Positions 26,476 to 40,757 are shown, numbered from the stretch's first letter. The stretch: 64,000 nt of DNA from Mobula hypostoma (GCF_963921235.1 NC_086108.1:112222001-112286000); one strand, 5' to 3'. The notes: generated from the letters alone by a model not told the origin. Program-made: numbers and translations.

Positions 26476-27891
26476 ATGTTAAAATCCTCAACGATTATCA
26501 TGACATTGCCCTTCTGACACGCCTTTTCTGTCTCCTGCTTTAATTTGTAATCCACATCACGGCTGCTGTTTGGAGGCTTGTATACAGCTGCCATTAGGGT
26601 CCTTTTACCCTTGCCATTTCTTAACTCAACCAATACAGACTCTACACCTTCCGATCGTATGTCATCCCTTTCTAATAATTTAATATTATTTCTTACACAC
26701 AGGGCCACACCATCCCCTCTACCTCCTAACCTATCTTTCCGAAACATCATATATCCTTGGACATTCAGCTCGCAATGGCAGCCATCCTTTAACCAAGTTT
26801 CAGAAATGGCCACAACATCATACTTGCCAATCTGTAGCTGAATTTCAAGATCGTCCATGGTATTCCTTATGCTGCGTACCTTCAAATATAACACTTTCAG
26901 TCCAGTATTTGTTGCTTTCTGTCTTATCTGCACCTCGCCTCTATTGCCGTGTAACACTGGCTGTGATAATGCCTCATCTCCTGCCTGTCCTTTCTATCAT
27001 CTCTGTTGCACACTATCTTTGATTTACTTCTGTTTTCCCCCTTCCTCAGCCCTATCACTCCAGTTCCCATCCCCTGCCAAATTAGTTTAAGCACTCCCTA
27101 ACAGCTCTATTAAACCTGCCTGCGAGGATATTGAACCCCTTTGGGTTCAGGTGTAACTCTTTTTTGTACAGGTCGTACCTCCCCCAGAAGAGGCCCCAAT
27201 GATCCTGGAACCCGAAGCCCCGCCCTCTACACCAGCCTCCCAGCCATGCATTAACGTGCCTGATCATGCCATTTTTGCACTCGTTAGCACATGGCAGGGG
27301 CAGCAATCCTAAGATTACTACCCTGGAGGTCCTGCTTTTCAGCTTCCTACCCAACTCCCTGAATTCTCTCTTCTGGACTTCCTCCCTTTTTCTACCTATG
27401 TCATTGGTACCAATGTGTACCAAAACTTCTAGCTGTTCACCCTCTCCCTTCACAATACTCTGCAGCCAATCCGTAACATCCCGTACCCTGGCACCTGGGA
27501 GGCAACACACCATGCAGGTATCTCAATCAGGCTGACAGAGCCTCCTGTCTGTTCCCCTCACTATGGAATCCCCTATGACTACTGCATTCCTCATCTTCTT
27601 CTCTCCCTTCTGCACCACGGAACCAGGCTTAGTGCCAGAGACCCAACAGCCGTGGTCATCCTCTGTCAGGTCACCCCCCCCCCCCCCGCCCAACAGCATC
27701 CAAAACGAGATAACAATCACTGAGGAGGATGGCCACAGGGGTTCTAGCAAAATAGTTTACTACAACAGAGGGAATGATAGACTGCCCAGGCACTATGACA
27801 AAAAAAATTGACACATGGTGTTAACGAAGTTCCAGCAGTGTTGGAAAACTATAGAGAAAGAAGAATTAAAGTTACTGCAAGTTGTTAAAAG

Positions 27892-28455
27892 CACCTTTGC
27901 TCCATCTGCAAAAGGCAGGATTTCTCGGTGGCCAAAACATTTTAATTCTCATTCTGACATGTTGGTTCGAAGTGTCCTCTACTGCCACAATGAGGCCACT
28001 CTCGGGTCGGAGGAGCAACGGCTCATTCTGTCTGGGTAGCCTGCAACCTGATGGCATAAACTTTGATTTCTCCTTCTTCCATTAATCACTTCCCCCTCCC
28101 ACTTGTTCAATTCCCCACTCTGACTCCCCCCTTACTTCTTCTCCTTACCAGCCTATCACATCACCTGATGCTCCTCCTTTCTCCCACAGTCCTACAAGCT
28201 TCCTTCTTTAGCCCTTTACCCTTCCACCAATCACCTCTCAGCTTCTTCCTTCATCCCACCTTCCCCACCTACCTGATCTCACAATATCTTCTATCTAGTT
28301 CTCCTTCCCCTACCTTATTCTGGCTTCTTCCTCCTTCCTTTCCAGTCCTGAAGGATCACAGCCAAAAACGTTGACTTCTTGTTCATTTCCATAGATGTTG
28401 CCTGACCTGTGAGTTTCTCCACCATTTTTAGCATCTGCAGGATCTCCTGTGTTTA
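27892..28455 (+). mobile_element. Older 5'-truncated PLE
   Basis: GIY-YIG C-terminus, pyrimidine-rich UTR, decayed terminal repeat; candidate TSD TGTTAAAAG at 27883-27891 and 28456-28464. Confidence 0.75.
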
Positions 28456-28504
28456 TGTTAAAAGAATTCCCTTCCCTTATTATATGTTGCTGATACAGTT
28501 AAGC

Positions 28505-29651
28505 ATAGAGCACTACAGCATAGAAATGGACCCTTTGGGCCATGACAAACCATTACACTGCCTATTCCATCGACGATAGTCCTCTTTTTCACTCCCATCT
28601 ATTTACCCTCCAAAAATTTCTCTTAAACATTGAAACTGAATCCACTTCCACCACTTGTGCTGGCAGCTCATTCCACACTCTCATCGCCCTAAGTGAAACA
28701 GTTTCCCCTCATTCCCCTTTAAACAGTTCACCTTTCACCATTAACCCATGACCTCTAGTTGTAGCCTCAGCCAACCTCTGGGGAAAAAAAACCCTGCATT
28801 TACCCTATCTATAGCCCTCAATTTTGTATACCTCTCAAATCTCCCTTCATTCTTCTACACGCCAGGGAATAAAGTTCTAAGCTATTCAACCTTTCCCTAT
28901 AACCCTGGTCCTCACATCCTAGCAACATCCTTGTAAATTTTCTCTGCACTTTCAATTTTCGTGACATCTTTCCTGTGGGTAGGTGACCAGAACTGCACAC
29001 AACACGACAAATTAGGCTCCACCATCTTATACAACTTTAACATAACATCTCCTGTACTCAATACTGTGACTGGCCTTCATAAATCAATGTGGCAAAACCT
29101 CTCTTTATGATCCAACTGTCTGTAACACCACTTTCAAAGATTCAAAGAAGTGCTGTTCTACCGCACTCCCCAGTGCTCTACTGCTCAGTTTAAGACTTAT
29201 CCTAGTTGGTCCTCCCGCAGTGCAAAACCTCACACTTGGCTGCATTAAATTCCTTTTGCCACTTTCCATAAGAACACATAGGAGTAGAATTAGGCTATTT
29301 GGCCCATAAAGTCTACTCTGCCATTTCATCATGGCTGATCCAATCTTCCTCTCAGGCCCAATCTGCCTTCTCTCTGTATCCCTTCATACCCTTAGCAGTC
29401 AAGAATCTGTCAAACTCTGCCTTAAATATACACACAGTCTTGACCTCCACAGCAGCCTGTGGCAATAAATTCCACAGATTCACCATTCTCTGGCTAAAGA
29501 AATTCCTCTTCATCTCCATTCTAAAAGGATGCCTCTCTATTCTGAGGCTCTGTCCTCTGGTTCTCTTTCAGCCTATTTCTCCAGCTGGTCCAAATCCCTC
29601 TGCAGGCTTTGATAGACTTCCTAGTTGTCCACTACAGCCAATTTTGATGTC
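28505..29651 (-). mobile_element. Older CR1 3' fragments
   Basis: VQRKFTRML-type remnants. The host CR1 appears to resume near 33870. Confidence 0.65.
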
Positions 29652-32600
29652 ATAGAAACATAGAAAATAGGTGCAGTCGGCCATTCGGCCCTTCGAGCCT
29701 GCACTATTCAGTACGATCATGGCCGATCATCCAACTCAGAACCCTGTACCTGCCTTCTCTCCATACCCCCTGATCCCTTTAGCCACGAGGGCCATATCTA
29801 ACTCCCTCTTAAATATAGCCAATGAACTGGCCTCAACTGTTTCCTGTGGCAAAGAATTCCACAGATTCACCACTCTCCGTGTGAAGAAGTTTTTTCTCAT
29901 CTCGGTCCTAAAAGGCTTCCCCTTTATCCTCAAACTGTGACCCCTCGTTCTGGACTTCCCCAACATCAGAAACAATCTTCCTGCATCTAGCCTGTCCAAT
30001 CCCTTTAGAATTTTATATGTTTCAATCAGACCCCCCCTCAATCTTCTAAATTCCAGAGAGTATAAGCCTAGTCGATCCAGTCCTTCATCATATGAAAGTC
30101 CTGCCATCCCAGGAATCAATCTGGTGAACCTTCTTTGTACCTCCTCTATGGCAAGAATGTCTTTCCTCAGATTAGGGGACCAAAACTGCACACAATACTC
30201 CAGGTGTGGTCTCACCAAGGCCTTGTACAACTGCAGTACTACCTCCCTGCTCCTGTACTCGAATCCTCTCGCCATGAATGCCAGCATACCATTCACCTTT
30301 TTAACTGCCTGCTCTACCTGCATGCCCATTTTCAATAACTGGTGTATAATGACACCCAGGTCTCACTGCACCTCCCCTTTTCCTAATTGGCCACCATTCA
30401 GATAATATGATTTCCTGTTCTTGCCACCAATGTGGATAACCTCACATTAATCCACATTAAATTGCATCTGCCATGAATTTGCCCACTCACCTAACCTATC
30501 CAAGTCACCCTGCATCCTCTTAGCATCCTCCTCGCAGGTAACACTGCCGCCCAGCTTCGTGTCATCTGCAAACTTGGAGATGCTGCATTTAATTCCCTTG
30601 TCTAAGTTATTAATATATATTGTAAACAACTGGGGACCCAGCACTGAGCCTTGCAGCACCCCACTACTCACTGCCTGCCATTCTGAAAAGGTCCCGTTTA
30701 TTCCCACTCTTTGCTTCCTGTCTGCCAACCAATTCTCTATCCACATCAATACCATACCCCCAATACCGTGTGATTTAAGTTTGCACACTAATCTCCTGTG
30801 TGGGACCTTGTCAAAAAGCCTTTTGAAAATCCAAATATACCACATCCACTGGTTCTCCCCTATCCACTCTACTAGTTACATCCTCAGAAAATTCTATGAG
30901 ATTTGTCAGACATGATTTTCCTTTCACAAATCCATGCTGACTTTGTCCGATGATTTCACCGCTTTCCAAATGTGCTGTTATCACATCTTTGATAACTGAC
31001 TCTAGCACTTTCCCCACCACCGATGTCAGGCTAACCGGTCTATAATTCTCTGGTTTCTCTCTCTCTCCTTTTTTAAAAAGTGGGGCTACATTAGCCACCC
31101 TCCAATCCTCAGGAACTAATCCAGGATCTAAAGAGTTTTGAAAAACTATCACTAATGCAGCCACTATTTCTTGGGCTACTTCCTTAAGCACTCTGGGATG
31201 CAGACCATCTGGCCCTGGGGATTTATCTGCCTTCAATCCCTTCAATTTACCTAACACCACTTCCCTACTAACGTACATTTCCCTCAGTTCCTCCATCTCA
31301 CTAGACCCTCGGTCCCCTACTATTTCCAGAAGATTATTTATGTCCTCCTTAGTGAAGGCAGAACAAAAGTAGTTATTCAATTGGTCTGCCATGTCCTTGT
31401 TCCCCATGATCAATTCACCTGTTTTTGACTGTAAGGGACCTACATTTGTTTTAACTAATCTTTTTCTTTTCACATATCTATAAAAGCTTTTACAGTCAGT
31501 TTTTATGTTCCCTGCCAGTTCGCTCTCATAATCTTTTTCCCCTTCCTGATTAAGCCCTTTGTCCTCCTCTGCTGGACTCTGAATTTCTCCCAGTCCTCAG
31601 GTGAGCCACTTTTTCTGGCTAATTTGTATGCTTCTTCTTTGGAATTGATACTATCCCTAATTTCCCTTGTCAGCCACGGGTGCACTACCTTCCCTGGTTT
31701 ATTCTTTTGCCAAACTGGGATGAACAATTGTTGCAGTTCATCCATGCGATCTTTAAATGTTTGCCATTGCATATCCACCGTCAACCCTCTAAGTATCATT
31801 TGCCAGTCTATCTTAGCTAATTCACGTCTCATACCTTCAAAGTTACCCTCCTTTAAGTTCAGAATCTTTGTTTCTGAATTAACTATATCACTCTCCATCT
31901 TAACGAAGAATTCCACCATATTATGGTCACTCTTACCCAAGGGGCCTCACACGACAAGATTGCTAACTAACCCTTCCTCATTGCTCAATACCCAGTCTAG
32001 AATGGCCTGCTCTCTAGTTGGTTCCTCGACATGTTGGTTCAGAAAACTATTCCGTATACATTCCAAGAAATCCTCTTCCTCGGCACCCTTACCAATTTGG
32101 TTCACCCAATCTATATGTAGATTGAAGTCACCCATTACAACTGTTGTTCCTTCATTTCACACATTTCTAATTTCCTGTTTAATGCCATCCCCAGCCTCAC
32201 TACTACTGTTAGGTGGCCTGTACACAACTCCCACCAGTGTTTTCTGCCCCTTAGTGTTATGCAGCTCTACCCATATCGATTCCACATCTTCCCGGCCAAT
32301 GTCCTTCCTTTCTATTGCGTTAATCTCCTCTCTAACCAGCAATGCTCCCCCACCTCCTTTTCTTTCATGTCTATCCCTCCTGAATATTGAATATCCCTGA
32401 ATGTTGAGCTCCCATCCTTGGTCACCCTGGAGCCATGTCTCTGTGATCCCAACTATATCATATTCATTAATAACTACCTTCACATTCAATTCATCCACCT
32501 TGTTACAAATGCTCCTTGCATTGACACACAAAGCCTTCAGGCTTGCTTTTACAACACTCTTAGCCCTTATACAATTATGTTGAAAAGTGGCCCTTTTTGA

Positions 32601-33868
32601 TTTTTGCCCTGGATTTGCCGGCCTGCCACTTTTACTTTTCACCTTACTACTTTTTGTTTCTACCCTCATTTTACACCCCTGTCTCTCTGCACGTTCCCAT
32701 CCCCCTGCCACATTAGTTTAAATCCTCCTGAACAACAGTAGCAAATGCTCCCCCAAGGACATTGGTTCCAGCCCAGCCCAGGTGCAGACCGTCCTGTTTG
32801 TACCGGTCCCACCTCCTCCAGAACTGGTTTCAATGCCCCAGAAATTTGAATCCCTCCCCCTTGCACTATTTTTCAAGCCACGTATTCATCTGAAATATCC
32901 TCCTATTTCTACTCTGACTAGCACGTGGCACTGGTAGTAATCCAGAGATTATTACCTTTGTGGTCTTACTTTTTAGTTTCTCTCCTAACTCCCTAAATTC
33001 ACCTTGTAGGACCTCATCCCATTTTTTACGTATATCGTTGGTACCTATGTGCACCATGACCACTGGCTGTTCACCCTCCCACTCCAGAATGTCCTGCAGC
33101 CGCTCAGAGACATCCTTGACCCTTGCACCGGGGAGGCAACATACCCTCCTGGAGTCTCGTTTGCGGCCGCAGAAACGCCTATCTATTCCCCTTACAATCA
33201 AATCCCCACTCCTTTTCCTTCCATCCTGTGCCACAGAGCCACCCATGGTGCCATGAACTCGGCTGCTGCTGCCTTCCCCTGATGAGACATCTTCCCCCAA
33301 CAGTATCCAAAACAGTATATCTGTTTAGAAGGGAGATGACCTCAGGGGACTCCTGCACTACCTGCCTACTGCTACACTGTTTAGTGGCCACCCATTCCCT
33401 TTCTACCTGTGCAGCCTTTACCTGCGGTGTGGCTATTCACGACTTTCTCAGCATCGCGGATGCTCCAGTATGAATCCAAATCGCAGCTCCAACTGTTCAA
33501 TGCGGTCTGCCAGAAGCTGCAGCTGGACACATTTCCTGCACACATAGTCGTCGGGGACACTGGAAGTATCTCTGATTTTCCACATGCTGCAGGAGGAACA
33601 AACCACGGGGCCGATCTCAGCTGTCATGACCTACCCAATACGCTACAGACTCGCCGCCTTCCTTGCTTCAAATAAAATACCATTGAAGACCGTTCTCCTT
33701 TTAAAGGAACTTACCCAGTCTTACCTCACTTGGAGTGAAGCTCGCCCTCCACCTCTGCTCACCGAAGCCTCTCGAGACAAAGCCTTCCTACTCTGTCTCC
33801 CTCTACTCCGTCGCCCGCTCCGTCAAACTGCTCCCTTTTAAATACTCCCGCTGCCTTCCGGACCGATT
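29652..33868 (-). mobile_element. Near full-length young CR1 LINE (5' UTR, ORF1 Zn-finger/esterase, ORF2 EN-RT), frameshifted
   Basis: ORF1 with CSSC..CRKC and CLPGARV/VHIGTND (about 33630-32715); ORF2 pieces 32711-29736 with EN and RT motifs; tail TTTCTATGTTTCTATG at 29652-29670. Confidence 0.95.
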
Positions 33869-36800
33869 TGCACGCAAATCTGCTGATCCAGTTTATCACA
33901 TCATCCAGAACATTGATATAGATGACAAGCAATGAAACAAGAACTGATCCCTGTGGCACTCCACCAGTCATAGACCTTCAGAGAGGCAACCATCTCCAAC
34001 CACTCTATCACTTCCTCTGCAAAGTCAATGTCTAATCCAATTTTCTACCTCGGGCCCTAGGGAATTATCCAGCCTAATTTGCCGCAAGACAGCAAACAGC
34101 ACAACTGTAGGGTCCAAGACCTCACTGCAGTTTTGCATCTCTTCTATAGATGATTCTATTTTCTCCAGAGTAAATACGCATGCCAAAAAAATTGAGAATT
34201 TTGTGGGATTGGAAAGGGATAGTGACAAATATTTTCCTAAGAGCTATTTATATAGGGTATATACCAGGAGACAAACAGAGTAGGTTTCCCGTGAATTTAA
34301 TGGAAAAAGAGCTCTGGATTTCTAAGAAAAACCCTTACTTCAACAAGTCGTCCACAGGACATAGGAGCATAATTCAGCCCATCAAGTCTGCTCTGTCATT
34401 CCATCATAGCTGATTTATTATTCCTCTCAGCCTCATTCTACTTTCGTCCAAAAACCTTGATGCCTTGACTAAACAAGAAACCATCAACCTCCACTTTAAA
34501 TATATCCAATCACTTGACCTCCACAACCGTCTGAAGCAATGAATTCCATAGATTCACCACCCTGTGGTTAAAGAAACTCCACACCATCCCTGTTCTAAAT
34601 TGATGCCCTTCTATTCTGAAGTTGTGCCCTCTGGTCCTAGACTTGCTATAGAAAACATTCTTCCTATCTAAGCTTTTCAATAGTCAAGAGGTTTCAATGA
34701 GGATTTCTCCCCCTCCCCCACCATTCTTTAAACTCACTGAGTACAAGCCCAACGACAAACACTCATCCATTAACACTTTCATTTCCAGAATCATTCTTGC
34801 AGAAGTGCCTCAGATGAATACAATCCAGCTCATCTTCCATCGAGCAACACGGTAGATCAGCACCAATGGGAGGGCAGCCAACATCTGCGATTCCTTCCCC
34901 AGCAGCCACAACAGGCAACACTGAGGCACAAGATCTTGGTCCATGCAATGGAGGCCATGAAGCCAAATAAAGCCAGTGTGATGGGAAAGTAGGTTATTCA
35001 TCTCAGGACGAAACCCTGTTGCATAGCATTGAATTCAAATGTCAACCATTCCTTTCCCTCCAGATGCTGCCTGACCCACTGAGTTCCTCCACAAGCTTGG
35101 GTTTTTTTTTTGCTCCGGATTCCAACATCTGCAGTCTTGTCTCCATACGTCATCAGTTCATAGACCATAAGACGTAGGAACAGAATTAGGCTATTCAACT
35201 ATCAGGTCTGGACAGGATGTTCCCTGTGGTGGGAGAATCTAAGACCACAGGATACAGCCTCAGAATGGAGGGCTGTCCTTTTAGAACAGTATTAAAGAGG
35301 AATTTCTTTTAGCCAGAGGGTGGTGAATCTGTGGAATTCATCTCCACAAGCAGCTGTGGAAGCTAAGTCTATATATATTTAAGGAAGAGGTTGATAGATT
35401 CTTGAGTGGTCGAGGCATGAAGGCATACAGGGACAAGGCAGGAGATTGGGCCTGAAAAGAAAATTGGATTAGCCATAATGAAATGGCAAAGCAAACTCGA
35501 TGAGCCAAATGGCCTAATTCTGCTCCTATATCTTATGGTCTGCTCTGTATTCCATCATGGCTGATTTATTATCCCTCAACCTCATTCCCCTCCCTTCTTC
35601 CTGTAACCTTTGACACCTTGCCTAATCATGAACCTATCAATGACTTGGCCTCCATAGCCATCTGTGGCAATGAACTCCCCAGATTCACCACCCGTTGGCT
35701 AAATAAATTCCTTCTCACCTGTTGTAAAATGCTTTATTCTGAGGCTGTGCCTTCTATTCCTAGGCCCCTTTAGGAAACATCCTCTCCATGTCCACTATCT
35801 AGGCCTTTCAGTATTCAATAGGTGTCAATGAGATTCCTCCCTCATTCTTCCAACAAGTATAGGGTGTGGTTTTAGCAGTGGTGGGAGGTAGGTAAAGAGA
35901 GAAGAGTATGATGTTCAGAGCTTAGATCAGGGGAACAAATTTGTCAGAGACTCAATATGTTGATGAAATAAGATTGAAGGTATGCCAAGGTAACTGCTTC
36001 ATTAGGAGTTTCAGGAGATTCGGTATGGTACCAAAGACTCTTACAACTTTCCATTAGTGTATGGTACACACCATTCTGACTGGTTGCATCACAATCCAGT
36101 GCGGAGGCTCCGATGCACAGCACTGCACGAGGCTGCACAGACTCAGCTCCATCACGGCCACAACCCTCCGTACTATCAAGGACATCAAGGTGTAGTGCCT
36201 AAGGTAGCATCCATTAAGAACCCTCACCACCCAAGACAAGCCTTCTTATTACTACCAACAGTGAGGTGGTACAAGAGCCTGAAAACATACACAATGATTT
36301 AGGAACAGCTTCTTCCCCTCCACCGTCAGATTTCTGAACAGTCCATGAACATTACCTATTATTCCTTTTAGCACTATTCAGCAGCTTAGTAATTTTGTGT
36401 TTTTGCATTGTACTGCTACCGCAAAATAAATCTCACATCATATAAATCAGTGGTAAGAACATAATAAGAACATAAGAAATAGGAGCAGAAGGCGGCCATC
36501 CAGCCCATCGAGCCTGCCCTGCCATTCAATAAGATCATGGCTGATCTGTCCATAAACTCAGCTCCGTCTACCTGGCTTTTCCCCATAACCCTTAATTCCC
36601 CTATGTAAAAATCTATCTAACTGTATCTTAAATATATTTAGTGAAGAAGCCTCAATTGCTTCCCTGGGCAGAGAATTCCACAGATTCACCACGCTGTGAA
36701 AAACAGTTTCTCCTCATCTCCATCCTAAATCTTCTCCCCTGAATCTTGAAGTAATGTCCCCTAGTTCTAGTCTCACCTACCAATGGAAACAACTTTCCTA

Positions 36801-38442
36801 CTTCTATCTTTTCTAACCCTTTCAAAATTAATAAATCTTAACCTGAAAGTGAAGTTGAAGTGTCTTTGCCCAAAATGCCAACAGTTTATTCATCTCCATT
36901 GATGCTGCCCAACCAGAGTTCCTCCAGCATTTTTTGTGTTGCTCTGGGTTTCTAGCAACTGCAGAATCTCTTGTGCTTATGATTGTGAAGATGATTTTCA
37001 TTGTCAGAATGCAGTAGACAATTAAATTATTAAATATGCAATTGAGAAGTGGGCAGGAGGGAAGGAAATTATTTTAAAAATCAATGGCATGCTACTTGGA
37101 CATAGACCCAGGCCATACAGACATTTCAGAATCAACAACTGATAGTGACCTCAAACAAAAAAAAAACTTGTTAAACACAAAACCACTAGTCACATTTCCC
37201 TGAATTTCAAATAGGGGAACAATTGATGGTTTGTTAAGAGTTTGGCAGCATTCCAAACAGAAACTGTATGTTAATAAATCGTATCATTTGTATCTTCTTA
37301 CATGTGACTAAAAGAGATCAAAATCCAGCATTGCATACTTAACATGATTCATGTGAAGTAAGAGATAAAGGAAAATTAACAAGGAGCATGGATAGAGTAG
37401 ATAAGAGTCTTTCTCGTCAGTGATGTCTCTTTTATGGCAAGACACTGACAGATGTTAAAAACAAGAACTGCAGGCCAACACCACTATCAAGTTGCTGGAT
37501 AACGATGGAGCTGGATTTGTTGCTTACCACGTTGCTGCCTGCTACACTGAGCCAGAGGCAGCTCATGGTCAAACAAACAGTGAAAATAATTATCTTGAAC
37601 TCTCTTGTGATCGCAAAACCTTGTTGGTCATTGGTAATGTAGAATACTGCAAGTCCGGTTCATCGATAAGACCAACAGCAGGGAAGCTGGGTTGTCTGGG
37701 TTGTTGCGCAGACCAGACCCTCAGTCCTGTTGCCTGTTACAGCTGACCTGGGGAGGAGATGCCACATGCAATGTAGGAGAGAGCAGAAGCGCAGCGAGAA
37801 TGCTGGTTCGGAGGCTGGGCCCCTCCCAGTGCACTCTTCAGTGTTCATTCGGAGGAATAAAGACTGGATCGCATTCATCTGCGCCAGCACTAACGCATGA
37901 TGAAGAATCGCTGTGGGCTTTTTCTTGCCAACAACATCTCATTTATCAATCTGCAGGCCAAGACGCCCAGGAATCTTGGGTTTTTTGGTGACTGTTTTTC
38001 TGCTAATGTAACTATATGCTATATGAACTACGTGCTGTGTGACTGTTGGTATTGTGTATTGCACCTAGGACCCAGAGGAAAGCCGTTTTATTTGGTTGTA
38101 TTCATGTGTAAATGACAATTAAATTTAAAAATTTGCAGGATGTGAGGAATCTAAAATTAGAGGGCATAGGCTTAAGATGAAGGGGGTAACAAGGAAAATT
38201 TGAAGGCCATGTTTTTCCACAGAGAGTGTTGGATAAATGGAAGGAGCTGTCAAAGGAAGTGGTAGAGGCATTTAAGAGACTCATTTAACCAGGTATAAAT
38301 CACCCAATTCAGCTAAAATCTTGATTCAAAAGACCAATAGTACAGAATACTCACAATATTAGAACTTCAGTCTTTATAATGTACTCAAAAATTTAGAATG
38401 TGTCTTAAACCACAACTTGGATATTTTACAAAATCTAGCAAA

Positions 38443-39215
38443 CAGTGGATTGCGGTTAATTGGGTCATTTTGGGAAAATTCTTGAAAAATAATCAAGAAA
38501 ATAACCAGGATTCCCATCATTTACTTGGGGCACTATGTTGCATCATTTGGACAGGAGACTGTTGCTGAACAGGTTCTAACTAGATTCAGTCATGTGCACT
38601 TGTGTTGCCGTTAAACTTTACATCGTGCATAGAGCAAACAGTTTTTAAAACGGTGTCAGTGGTGTGCACTTGTGTTCAAAAAGCAGCGATTGTTGTCACT
38701 GATGGTTGGCAACAACTTAAACTGCAATTTCAAGTATTCAGGCTTCGAGATGCCAGAAACAGCCAAGAGTAAAAATGAAATGATTTCACTCTTTCAACAA
38801 GTTAGCAACTATGAAGGATTTTAGGGTATTGACAATCTTGAATGTTACAATGAAATTGAAAATTTGGAAGATGCAATCGTCAAAAGCATGAAGGTAGTCC
38901 ATTATCTGCTCTAGGTGTCTGTGCTGATTTTGTTCATTTACAGTTAATCAAAAGAACATGGCAGTGTACACTGGACAAATTCCTCCATCAATAACTGTCA
39001 GTAACTAAATTTTATAGTATTGTAGTATTGATCATGTTCCAATTTGTTTTCTATTTCATTTAAATACATAACTTGTTACTCAGTTAAACAGCATTTCTTT
39101 TTTTTTTATACGTTTTTAACTATTTCCATGAAACTTCGGCTAATTGGGTCAGCCAATTAATTGGACCAAAATGTACTGGTCCTGATGATGTGTTCCAATT
39201 AACCAGAATCCACTG
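38443..39215. mobile_element. Tigger/pogo-like non-autonomous DNA transposon
   Basis: Terminal inverted repeats cagtggattgcggttaattgg and ccaattaaccagaatccactg, followed by TA on the right. Confidence 0.75.
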
Positions 39216-39266
39216 TACAACAAAAGAGAACTTTTTCCAATTAAAATAAAATGACTTAAAGCTTAC

Positions 39267-40363
39267 CTGACAACCTCTTTTCTCAATCTCCACTATACAT
39301 TTCTGCATCAACAATGGCACCCTCAAGCCCGTGTTTTCTTTCTCAACTATTTTTCGTGCCTCAACACCAAATACCATTGGCTCTCGCTCTGCGTCTAGGC
39401 TGTCCAGTGAGTTTTCCCACTGCTCCATCAGGGTGAGCTTCACATAAATGAGCCCTCTGGGCTCGAGCTTTACTGCCAGCTGGTGCATCTTGGATACCCT
39501 GAAGAGTGTGGGGAGTACAACGGTGCCATGGCAACAGACTCTGTTCCGCCGAGGCGTTGGCTCCCAGCTGAAGACAACCAACTTGAGATGTTGTGCATTC
39601 TCCAACTCAATATTGAATGTGTGGTCCATGTCCAAAAATGTGGTTCTGCAGGTGAGCAAGGCTGTCCTGGCTTTGTTGACAGAATCCACTTGTATAGCAC
39701 AGAATACTTCTCTGGAATCAATCCTTGGTGGCTTTAAATCCTCGGCACCATAAAAATGAACACTCATTAGTCCAGAAATATATTGAGAGCATTTGGGTTG
39801 ATCCACAAAACTGTAGTGCCTAAAAGCATCAACGTCAATCTCTGCACTGTGTGTTTTATGGGGGGTTGAAGCAACATTCCCCTTTGCTGGTTTACTTTCA
39901 CAGGAGTGCTTACCCGATTTGGCAACAAGTTCTGGTGAATCCCCGTCACTAAGGTAGCCACCTTTGCTAGCAGACTTGGAGCCCCCCAAATTTTTCTTTT
40001 TGCAGTTCTGTGATACAACACTCGTGTCCAGGTGATAACGACTGATAACATTTCTACTAGCAGCATTCGTCAAAATCCCAGGAGATAAAGATCCATAGGT
40101 GCCTTTAGAAACTGAATCATTGTAGTTATGGCTGGAAGTCCCTTTAATGCTCAATTTTCTGCTAATTTCTGGAAGTTTTCTCATTTTCATTGAAAGCTTC
40201 CTCACAGTCCGAGGAGATTTTATCTTTTCTGGTAATGACCAATTAATTGCAGTCCCCTTTTTGAAAGGCGAAGGGCTGGAAGGTGGTGAAAACTCATTCG
40301 TTGTTGTTGCTGCTAATACTTCCACTGCACAAACGGAACCATTGAAAAGATCCATGGTGTGTA
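39267..40363 (-). CDS. SYDE2: SYDE2 coding exon with C2 domain and start of RhoGAP domain, 1097 nt, phase 1-0
   Basis: Acceptor ttttgattttag|TA and donor CAG|gtaagc. Translation includes [12 protein letters not shown], the C2 domain ([19 protein letters not shown]...[17 protein letters not shown]) and the RhoGAP start VFGV...[18 protein letters not shown]. Confidence 0.95.
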
Positions 40364-40496
40364 CTAAAATCAAAATTAACATCATGTTAAGATCTATTTA
40401 GAAAACTTTGAAGTATGAAAAAATTTAACTAAAGTTTAAGCACATACATAAAATTGCAATTGACAAATTAGAAGACACTGTTTAGTTTATTAACTT

Positions 40497-40757
40497 CACC
40501 ATGGATGGTCCCAAGCCTGGCTGCAAAAGAAGGGCTGAGCATGGGCTAGGAACCTCATCCTGTAAAAACCCAGAGCTACAGAAACACCAACAGAAGCTCC
40601 AAGGACCTCATCCCTGGGAAAGGAAGCATCTTCGCCTAGAAGATGTACAAAGTGCATCGTGAAAGCCACAGGGCTGATCAACCTTCGGCCCAGGACAGAG
40701 GACTTTGGCGAGCTGCTGTCAGTGGCCTATACCCCACTAAGGGTGATGTGCTTAAGA
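40497..40757 (+). mobile_element. Probable short RTE-derived non-autonomous retroelement
   Basis: Resembles RTE 5' UTR (ctcatcctgtaaaaaccc) joined to an RTE-like 3' end (gcccaggacagagga..tggcgagctgctgtc). Family assignment is from pattern recognition only. Confidence 0.4.

Larger units (their letters stand above)
19010..27750 (-). mobile_element. CR1 LINE (second family) broken into pieces by nested insertions
   Basis: Collinear minus-strand pieces: 3' end 19010-19453; RT 19951-20298, 22529-22706 and 24052-25482; endonuclease start 26476-26960; ORF1 SGNH esterase (VIGDSIVRG, CLPGARV, VHIGTND) about 27082-27750. The ORF1 piece may belong to a separate copy. Confidence 0.8.

Noticed and set aside
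31624..32400. 258-aa plus-strand ORF (and similar 2633-3247, 6966-7454)
   Set aside because: Antisense shadows of CR1 ORF2.
39120..40385. 421-aa ORF as a stand-alone single-exon gene
   Set aside because: Both ends run past clear splice sites; it is one SYDE2 exon plus intron read-through.
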